Positions 54,256 through 64,000 of a DNA stretch of 64,000 nucleotides are shown piece by piece. The DNA comes from Octopus sinensis. Taxonomy: Eukaryota. Under the pieces are notes generated by a model, which saw nothing but the letters and a program-made list of their open reading frames with translations, ran no database searches and was not told where the DNA came from. Every line of letters begins with the position of its first letter. Positions within the stretch are counted from its first letter, which is position 1. Location of the stretch: assembly GCF_006345805.1 (NCBI RefSeq), contig NC_043012.1, forward strand, positions 30,380,001-30,444,000, read 5' to 3'. The translations under genes and the position numbers were made by a program.

Positions 54256-54290
54256 CATCATCATCACCCTAATCACCATCAACATGCTAC
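53740..54290. repeat. (CAG)n followed by long degenerate (CAT/CAC)n array
   Basis: Directly visible; higher-order unit caccattatcatcat recurs four times. Confidence 0.95.
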
Positions 54291-54604
54291 GCTATTCTAA
54301 TGCTCAAAACGATATCGGAAAGGAAGCTTGTCACTCGAATTACTTCCGGCTCGTGATGATGATGATGGTTAATTTTTTCAATGGATGCTTTAAGTGTTGT
54401 TATGCAACGACTCGTCTTCTTTATTGTTTGTTGTAGGTGTCATTGTTGATTACGATGATGACGACGACGACGACGATGATGAGGATGATGTTGATGATGA
54501 TGATGATGATGTGGTTTTATTGTAATTACTGCTGAAAGTAGTAAACAAGCTCCGTAAACAATTTTAATCGGTCAACACTTTCAGACGCGCAAACCGTAAA
54601 TAAG

Positions 54605-54750
54605 AATCTTTCAAGTTTTGGTCCAAGGCAGTTTTCGAGGGGAGGAGGAACTAGTCGATTATTACTCAACTGGTACTTGTTTTATCGACCCCAAAAGGAT
54701 GAAAGGCAAAGCTGACATCGGCAGAATTTGAACTCGGAATACAAAACGTA
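54605..54750 (-). mobile_element. SINE family A, partial
   Basis: ctggtacttgttttatcgaccccaaaaggatgaaaggcaaagctgacatcggcagaatttgaactc. Confidence 0.85.
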
Positions 54751-56791
54751 AAGAATAAAAAAATAAAAGAAAAAGTTGCACTGAAATTCATTTTTCTTTT
54801 TCTTCTCTCGAGATCGATAAAGGATGTTTGAGAGCGAGAACAAACTCAAAGTGCCATAGGAAGTTTCTTACACCAAAATTAATTCTCTGTCCTTCCCTTC
54901 TTGCCAGGATATATCATCGTTTAACAAACTATGCCCTAAAATTCCTGCCACTAATCCCGCCTTTCACTCGAAAAAAAAAAAGCAAAAACAAAACAAAACA
55001 AACAATAAAACAAGACAAAAACAAGCATCTAACAATTCGGCCATTTTATGACTGGATACTATTCATGTTCTGGATCGTGTTGTCGTACCGACGGGTATAT
55101 GCACGTGCTGAAGATGGGGTGTCAACAAGTTTGGGTAACCCCTCAAACAAATATAATTATTATCTAATCCAGGGTTCATCAATGTGGACAATATTGACTC
55201 CTGCTGGGTAGGAAGGGGGTCTGACCAAAGGGATCGATAAATGATGTTGAACATTAAAGGCGTTGAATTATTTGTAAATCGAATCTGAAAGACTGCGGTA
55301 ATTTAGAACTAAAATTCACTAAATTTCAGCCAAACATAAATTCGAAAATTAGGGTCCACCAAACGCATATTTCACATTAAGTTTTCCGACTTTCAGATGT
55401 TTCTTATTAAAAAACATGAATGACACAAAAGAGCGAAGGTAGAATTGTTTTTAAAACGAGAAATTCTTCTGGATTCTTCTTTTTAATCCCGTAAACGTTG
55501 TCTTGGTTGGTCTGAGACGTTCAATGTTCTTTAACACTTGGTGCCTCAGAACGCTATCCCGCAGCTAATGGGCGTAGAAACAAGATACACACACCATTTA
55601 TGGGTTATCGATAACGTTGACGTTATTACAGCTGCTTTTAATGCAGAGCTTAATCTTCTTTCTAAGACATTCACATGATAGCGAGTCCAATCAGCGATTC
55701 CATGAAGGGATTAAAAGAGGTTTGCCAATCTCTGGTCTAACGTTTAATATTTTGTGATTTTCGCGAATTAGACAAATTGCTAATGGCGGATCCATTGAAA
55801 TAATTGCGAAATCCTGGCTATCGTTATTAATATGTGCGTGTGTATATGCATTCGCTTGTTTCACTGTGTGCGTGCGCGTGCGTACGTGTGTGCGTACGTG
55901 TGTGTGTTTGCGTCTGTCTACACTGATACATTTTGTTCTTGCAGACATCTTCCAGGCATAGTATACCAAGGAGTACATTAGTTATTGTTTTCTTTCACTT
56001 TTATTTTTCTTAATAGCTCTGTGGGAAATCCGCCTGCTTCTTCTAGCAGATCGACCTATCACGTAGCTAGAAGCTTCCCACGTTTCAAGGCGTATGCGTG
56101 TTTCTGTGTGTGTGTATGTATCTGTATTTTATATGAGATTGTGTATGTGTGGGCATGTTCGCGCGCATGTACACAGTGTGTGTGTGTGTGTGTTTGCGTG
56201 TGCGTGTGTGTGTGTGTGTGCGTGTGTGTGTGAATGTGTGTGTGAATGTGTTTCTTTAACGATCAGGTGATTAAAAAATATAATAAATAACAGTAGGTTT
56301 CTAATTGTCCAAACTTGACGGCCATAAAACCATTCCATAGAAACCAAATAGGTCCTTAAAATGCAAAAGGTTTTTCTGTTTCGCCAACCGAAAAACCTAA
56401 AGAGGAAACGTGATCACAAAGCGTGGAAAATATGTTTTATGTGGGGAAAATAAAACTCCAGGAGTTCGCCTTCGGTTACGAAAATGTTATAAAACTTTCG
56501 CTCCTAAAATGGTTGCTTTCCGATTGGAAACGATCAAAGGATATTCAAGAGGATTTTGCCTGTTTTTGCAAAAGCAACATATATATATTTATAAGGGACT
56601 TGTGTATGTTTTAATATGTATGTATGTATGTATGTGTGTGTGTATGTGTGTATGTATGTATGTATGTATGTATGTATGTATGTATGTATGTATGTATGTA
56701 TCCTTGGATACATGCTTGTAAGTATCATATGTATAGGTATGTTTGCATTTATCAATCTAACTCTCTATATCTATCTATTTAGCTACCTTCC

Positions 56792-56822
<31 letters not shown>

Positions 56823-56861
56823 CACACATATATATATATTATATGATCATTTAACGTTAAA

Positions 56862-57130
56862 ACGCATAGCTCAGTGGTTAGAGCGTCGGGCTTACAATCG
56901 TGTGATTGTGCGAGTTCGATTCTCGAACTGGGCTGTGTGTTGCGTTCCAGTTCACTCAGCTGTAGGAATGAGATGTGACATCACTGGTCCCAAGCTGTAT
57001 CGGCGGTGTGGAGAGGGGAGACTGGTATGCATGATTTCCCACAAATATCCTAGCTTGGACTAGTGCCTCGGAAAGGGAACTTTCTAGATGGGATCTCTTG
57101 GCCCTTTGTGACCGAAAGGGGCCTTTACTC
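56862..57130 (+). mobile_element. SINE family D with tRNA-derived head
   Basis: A box TAGCTCAGTGG, B box GTTCGATTC, followed by SINE body (ttcactcagctgtagg...agactggtatgcatg), inverse homologue of 37010-37273. Confidence 0.8.
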
Positions 57131-57197
57131 CCCCACCCCCTCTCTCTCTCTCTCTATATATATATATACACGCACACACGTCAGACACACATTACGG

Positions 57198-57330
57198 TGA
57201 GGGCGCGTGGCCTAGTTCGGATGTTTCGGGTGTTTCACACAAGATTCCGATTGTAGTTTCTTTTCCCAGACCGAGCGTGTGTTGCGGTCTTGAGCAATAC
57301 ACTTCATTCCATGTAGATATCTGACGTTTG
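57198..57330 (+). mobile_element. SINE family D head, degenerate
   Basis: ggcgcgtggcctagt...gtgttgcggtcttgagcaatacacttcatt. Confidence 0.65.
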
Positions 57331-57563
57331 GTACTCCGTACGCCTGTACAAACAACGTCGATTTCGATGGAGTGAGCTTACTGTACAGCACAAACATTTG
57401 ATCACCATCAACGAATCGTTTGCGCAGCTTGTTCAGCAAGAAATTGTCGAACCGTCTTTGTTGGACTTCGAGAGACTACTAACAACAGACTGGCATGTAC
57501 AAACATAGACACGCACGCACGCACACACACAAACACACACACACTCACACACACACACACACA

Positions 57564-57603
<40 letters not shown>

Positions 57604-58217
57604 CACAACACACACAACACAAACACACACATATACGCATACACAAACAGTAGCAGTATATACTTTAAATACAAGTAACATTAATTGCTGAAAACAACAA
57701 CGAAATCTCTCATAGACCGTATGTGTGTGAGGTGGGGTTCAGACATCGTCTACCAAGGACTACATTGAACTATAGATATTCTACGTCTGATAAAAACAAC
57801 AACAACAACAAATAGTCAGAAAGAACCCCTTTTTACTATTTTAGGAGGATCTAAACCGACTAACAATAGTGACAGTCCTTAATAAGGGGTCTCCATTTTA
57901 CATAGAGCAGGTATGGAACCCTTAACCATGAATTTCAGTCTAAGAATTCAGTGCATGAATGTTCCCACATCTCAGATTTCCCATATTTTACGCGATTTTA
58001 TTTACACATTTCCCACGCATTCATCTGTTCAATTTATTTATCACTCGTAATCTTTTAATCCGGGAAGATAAGTTTCCATTAATCTTGGTACACACATACA
58101 CACACACACACATGCACGCACACATACGCTCTCGCACACACGCGCGTATGAATGCACAGACGCAAAAACACAAATACACTAACACATGCACACACGCTCA
58201 TACACACACATACTCTA

Positions 58218-58277
<60 letters not shown>

Positions 58278-58699
58278 TGTGTGTGTGTGTGTTTGCTTAA
58301 TGAAGATTACAAACAGAAAGTAGCTACAGCGTCGTCGTATACCATACATGTACATGTGAAAAAATGCAATGTAACAAAATTACTAAACAACCCCCCACCA
58401 CCACCACCATCACACACAAACACACTCTCACACTCACGCGCCTGCGCATACACACCTCGCGTGTTGCGGATTTTGAAAGGATTTCCGACTAATACTAACT
58501 GTTTGATAAGCTGTTAAGAGATTTCCTGGCCCGCTTTATACTTGCCATCGAAACCAAACCATTAATGAAGAATTTGGAAGCCAATTTCAGAAACATTCCC
58601 GCTGCCAAGTTCAGTGAGACGATGATTTATTGATTTGCTTATCTCAAGAATGTTCTGCAAAAAAAAAACCAAAAAAAACAGAAGCAATCATTGAAAGGC

Positions 58700-58860
58700 T
58701 GGCGCTGTTGAGAAGTTCGCTTCGTAGCCATGTGTGTTTCAGGTTCAATCCTATTCCTTGGTGGTACCCAAGGAAAGTGTCTGCTATTACATCATTGACT
58801 CAACCAATGCCTTGTGAGTGGATTTGGCAGGCAGAAACTGTGCAGAATCTGTCGTTTATA
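58700..58860 (+). mobile_element. SINE family B head, degenerate
   Basis: ggttcaatcc...ccttgtgagtggatttggcaggcagaaactg. Confidence 0.65.
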
Positions 58861-58896
58861 CATACATGCATACACAAACACATACTTGTATATGTA

Positions 58897-59058
58897 TCAT
58901 CATCATCATCATCAACGTTTAACGTCCGCTTTCCATGCTAACATGGGTTGGACGATTTGACTGAGGACTGGTGAACCAGATGGCTGCACAAGGCTCCAAT
59001 CTGATCTGGCAGAGTTTCTACAGCTGGATCCCTTCCTAACGCCAACCACTCCAAGAGT
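58897..59058 (-). mobile_element. RTE-type LINE (or partner SINE) 3' end with (GAT)n tail
   Basis: (cat)n-aacgtttaacgtccgctttccatgctaacatgggttggacg...ggatcccttcctaacgccaacc, resembling RTE 3' termini. Confidence 0.65.
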
Positions 59059-59059
59059 G

Positions 59060-59094
<35 letters not shown>

Positions 59095-59784
59095 ATATAT
59101 ATATATATTATATATATATATATATATTATATATATACATACATACATACATACATACATACATACATACATACATACATACATACATACATGCATACAT
59201 ATATACATGTACACACACACAAATTATTGAAAATGGAGAGGTTCAATGGATATAAATGTATTTGATTATTTAACATTGCCTACAATTGTTTCACTTTCCA
59301 CCCGATTTAAATTACAAAACATTTTAAAATATAAGTTTGCATTCTGAGTAGTTTTGGTGGGTGGAAGATCTTCAGGGCATTTTGGACATTATACAGTTTA
59401 CATTTTGATCAATTGAAATACTCCAGCAGACTAAGCACATGAAAACGTGGTCATTGTGTGCGTGTGTGCGCATGTGCGCATGCGTTAATATTTTTATTTT
59501 TATTTAAATACAATAATAATACTAGTAATGATAATAATTAATTAAAGTATATAAAAAATAAAGACAAAGGTTTAGAATAAAGATTACTAATAGATAATGG
59601 AAATAATGAAATATATTAATGATAAAATAAAAACAAAAATAAAATGAAATAAAATTTTTTTACAAAATGTTTGTTTACACACACACACAAATACACCCCA
59701 TCACACACATATCTATGCATACATATACAAGCATACACGTGCATGCATACATACATACACACATGTGTATCATACATACATATA

Positions 59785-59950
59785 TATTTCTTTACTGCCC
59801 ACAAGGGGCTAAACATAGGGGGACAAACAAGGACAGACAAAGGGATTAAGTCGATTACATCGACCCCAGTGCGAAACTGGTACTTTATTTATCGACCACG
59901 AAAGGATGAAAGGCAAAGTCGACCTCGGTGGAATTTGAACTCAGAACGTA
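59785..59950 (-). mobile_element. SINE family A, 5'-truncated
   Basis: About 95% identical (by eye) to the inverse of 60695-60860. Confidence 0.9.
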
Positions 59951-60629
59951 TCATACATACATATAAGTATGTGATTATGTGTGTGTGTGTGTATAACATT
60001 ATACGAAAGCTTTAAATCACTGAAGAAGCTTTTAGATAAAGAAATATTCCGCGTAAAATAAACATTCATTAATAATACCGACCCCTAATCGTACAATACA
60101 AGGGTGAGTTCATACCTACAGCCATCGCTCTTACAGCAAAACCCCAAATGCAGCCAGGCTACAAAATGGCCGAATATGTAGTAAAAAATAAAGTTCTTAA
60201 GAAATAAGCAACAGATTGGTATTAACACATCACCATAGACTTGTAGTATATTCTGATAACATTGGAATGGAAAACGTCCAGATCAGCACGAAAACACAAA
60301 ATAACAGACCACAGAACAGACTTCAGGCATTCGGTGGAATAAACAAATCCAAGCTTCAATGTAAACATGGAATATGTAACTCATCGTGGCTGAAATATGA
60401 GTTTGTGCGCACGCGTGTCCATTGGATTACGGAAAGAACAGTGGTAACATCGTTACAAACCGTATCCCTTAAGACGTATAGATGTGCTAACGACCAACAT
60501 GTACGTACGCATGTGTGTGTATGCATACGCAGAAACACGGAAACTGAAGTTTGTACATATCTCATACGCACACTCGCGCGCGCGTACACGCAACACTTGC
60601 ACACGTATGTGTATATATACATGTATATA

Positions 60630-60865
60630 AGACGGCGAGCTGGCAGAAACGTTAGCACGCCGGGCGAAATGCGTAACCGTATTTCGTCTGCCGTTACGTT
60701 CTGAGTTCAAATTCCGCCGAGGTCGACTTTGCCTTTCGTCCTTTCGGGGTGGATAAATAAAGTACCAGTTTCGCACTGGGGTCAATGTAATCGACTTAAT
60801 CCCTTTGTCTGTCCTTGTTTGTCCCCTCTATCTTTAGCCCCTTGTAGGCAGTAAAGAAATATATA
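60630..60865 (+). mobile_element. SINE family A, complete
   Basis: ggcgagctggcagaaacgttagcacgccggg (A box)...gttctgagttcaaattcc (B box)...central domain...gggcagtaaagaaat-type end. Confidence 0.92.
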
Positions 60866-60915
60866 TACATGTAATACAAGAAATATAAATACATGTGTAT
60901 TTGTGTGTGTGTAAT

Positions 60916-60962
<47 letters not shown>

Positions 60963-61044
60963 ATACATATAGATATATATATATATATATTATATATGAG
61001 CGAGAGAGAGAGAGAGATAGTGAGATAGATAGATAGATAGATAG

Positions 61045-61079
<35 letters not shown>

Positions 61080-61111
61080 GATAGATAGATAGAAAGATAG
61101 ATAGATAGATA

Positions 61112-61455
61112 TAGGCGCAGGAGTGGCTGTTTGGTAAGAAGCTTGCTTCTCAACCACATAGTTCTGGGTTCAGTTCCACTGCATGGTACCTTGGGCAAGT
61201 ATCTTCTACTATAGCTTCGGGCCTGCCAAAGCCTTGTGAGTGGGCTTGTATGTATGTATTTGTGTTTCTGTGATTACCGACCGATGTTGGTGTGTTTACG
61301 TCCCCGTAACTTAGCAGTTTGGCAAAAGAGACCGATAGAATTAGTACTAGGCTTACAAAGAATAAGTCCTGGGGTCGATTTGTTCGACAAAAGGCGGTGC
61401 TCCAACATGGCCGCAGTCAAATGACTGAAACAAAGGAATGAAAGAATAAAGGAAT
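61112..61455 (+). mobile_element. SINE family B, complete
   Basis: ggcgcaggagtggctgtttggtaagaagc...ccttgggcaagtatcttctactatagc...tail hairpin 61414-61427. Confidence 0.9.
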
Positions 61456-62459
61456 ATGTGTCTGTATGTATGTGTGTGTATACATGCACATATGTATGTT
61501 TATATATGGAAGTTTTCATATGTAAACATTGTGTATGTGTTCCCATGTATTCACCAACACCCAGCTAACCGTTTTCAGAAAAGAATTGGCGCTTTGACTT
61601 TTTGCTATAAATAAACTTCACACACACACACACACACACATCATTAACTCCCCTCCGCAATCAACAGCCGTCCCCAAATGAGTTTAGCCTCAATCTACCC
61701 AGCCCCACCCCATTCTCCTTCCCTCGTTTCCAAAACTAACAAAACGGAAGAAGAAAAACTAAAAACATCATCCAAAGACAACTAAACAACCTCATAAAGG
61801 ACAACTTTTCCCTAAAAAAAAAAAAAGAAGAATAAATAAAACGTGTAAGAAGCCCCTGTCGAAAGCCCTAAACAACAACAACAACAATACTTTGTAAGAA
61901 GAAAAGCAAAAAGCAAAACTAAATAAAATAAAATAACTGTTCCCCCTTCCCCCTCCCCCCGCATTCACACGGAGAAAAGCACGGAAAAACATATACACAT
62001 TCCAACTCCTTTCATAAAAAAACATCATCCGTTCGCCCACCCAACCCCCAACTCTCACCCGGAACCTTTCTTTAGAAATTCAAAGAACAACAACAACAAC
62101 AAAAGCAACAAAACTGAAATACAGCAACAACAAGAACAAGTGATAAGAATTAGTTTTTTTTTTAAAGAAAAGTGTTGGGGCTGGAGGAAAAGTTGTTGCA
62201 CCTGTGGCTCTCGACTTGTCTAAGGCTGTCTCCTTCCTTCTTTCACACCCTCTCGTTCCCCTCCCCCTCCCTCTCTGTCCCTAACGAAACTTGAGTCATG
62301 TCATTGGTTCTTTTTTTCCCCACTCTCTGCAGTTTTATTTTATTCTATTAAAACTCCATTCTCAACTCTTTGAGGACATAACAAGATCTTGGGAACCATC
62401 ATTAATTCCTCATCTTTCCCCTCCATAACAATTTCCGTATTTTACTGTCTGTCTGTCTG

Positions 62460-62490
<31 letters not shown>

Positions 62491-62619
62491 GTTTACGCAT
62501 ACACATATACGCAATATATTATACATACACACGGATGTATAGTACATCTGCATAAACGCATGTATGTATATATGCATGTGTGATAGATATACACACGTAC
62601 TTATATGTACACACACACA

Positions 62620-62760
62620 CACAACTGGCTTCTTTCAGTTTCTGTCTACCAAATCCACTCACAAGGCTTTGGATGGCCCAAGGTGCCATGCAGTGCGACT
62701 GAACCCGGAACCATGTGGCTGGGAAGCAAGCTTCTTACCACACAGCCACACCTGCGCCTA
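62620..62760 (-). mobile_element. SINE family B head
   Basis: ggcttctttcagtttctgtctaccaaatccactcacaaggctttgg...cttaccacacagccacacctgcgcc. Confidence 0.88.
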
Positions 62761-64000
62761 TATATGAATATATAAAGATATCTATATGCTTCCTGGCCTC
62801 CTCAAACGCTTTCACTCCTCACTTTTGTTTGCCATCCAGCTCGATCCGAAGCAAGGGTTTCTATCATTATATATATATCAGAGTCGACTCCAGGTCATCA
62901 GCGTGTTACTTGAAGGCTCTCTGACGCATGACCCCCCCCCCTCTGGTCTTTCAGACTTTCAAGAATTCCTCGTTCGAAAGACCACACTGACCATTTAGGT
63001 TTCTGACGTCAGTGAAACCTCAAGTAATGATCGTCGAAGTGAAATATGTTGGTATAAAACTTATTCACAACTCTACGACCCGTGTCGAGTGCGCGGTTTT
63101 TTCGCTGTAAGCTATGTTTCCATTCTGTCTGCCTGACTTTCTTCTTTGTTATCTATGTATACAAATGTCTGTTTGTGTGTGTTCATACATTTCTGTGCAT
63201 ATATACAATCACCCGAACACAGACATATACACACGCATTCACAGATATACACCCTCAGTGACTTGCACTTAACACGCACTGTTGAATTGCAAGTACATTT
63301 CGTGACTAAACGAAATGATTTTGCACACATACACACACACACACGCGCGCGCCTATTGTTGTTGCTGTCGTAGTTGTTGCTTATATTGTTTGTTGCAACA
63401 GTGATTGTCGTTGCTGCCACAGCAAAATGTTTGTTGTCAGAAATAACACAACTGCTGTTGATGCACCTATTGCACTGACTGTTAAGATCTTCGCTGTTCT
63501 ACTCTTTTCTCTTTCATCTCTTTATTAACCCTCCCCCCACTCTCGTCCCCCTTCTCTCTTCCCCTCTCTCCCTTCTCTCTCTTACTCTCTCCCACTCTCT
63601 CCCACTCTCTTCCCCTTCTTTCTCTCCTCCTTTCCCTCTCTCTCTGCTTCTGTTTCTCTTTCATATTCACACGCAGACACAATCCTTCTTTCGGTTCAGC
63701 ACCACCGCACAACCCTTTGATGTTTATTTAGCAATGTTGTCTTTGTTCTCCTCTTTCCTATAAAAAAAGAGTCCCTCCTTTCTTTAACACGTAGATTTAG
63801 CTTCTATTTTTAGCTGTCCTATAAGCCAAAGGTGTGTCCAGTTGTGTTCATCTCGTCTTTTACCTATTTTGCGACCCACTGGATAATATGCATTTCATTC
63901 ATTGCAAAACATGATGTAATATGAGGCAGATTTATCTCCTATTTCTATTAGATCGCATGTCACACAGACAGGCTCCATTTGCTTAAGTTTGCGGAACGAA

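Noticed and set aside
53731-54300. Poly-His (133 aa), poly-Met (184 aa) and poly-Ser ORFs
   Set aside because: All frames of one degenerate (CAT)n array; no splice or domain support.
56862-56935. Apparent tRNA gene
   Set aside because: Anticodon and acceptor stems do not pair and the sequence runs into a SINE body.

Overview
AT-rich, gene-poor eukaryotic DNA saturated with micro/minisatellites ((TA)n, (CA)n, (TATG)n, (GATA)n, (CAT)n). The repeat families look like those of an Octopus (cephalopod) genome; this is my recognition, not a search result. Nearly all ORFs in the supplied track are microsatellite translations. Supportable content: two decayed mariner transposons, two CR1/L2-group LINE 3' fragments, an RTE-type 3' end, about 30 tRNA-derived SINE copies in three families, and several local duplications and inverted repeats. 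Two candidate minus-strand exons (43395-~43800 and 672-886) have consensus splice sites but no recognisable product, so the window may be mostly intron of one large gene. Best leads: (1) short (TA)n-flanked repeats carrying minimal hammerhead-ribozyme motifs (Penelope/retrozyme-like), including two copies exactly 300 nt apart and a recurrent CUGUUGA core variant; (2) a 125-codon frame in the candidate first exon interrupted by one in-frame UGA-C; (3) near-perfect inverted SINE pairs predicted to form ADAR substrates. A 1.1-kb tandem duplication looks like an assembly artefact. Repeat boundaries are approximate and identities were estimated by eye.
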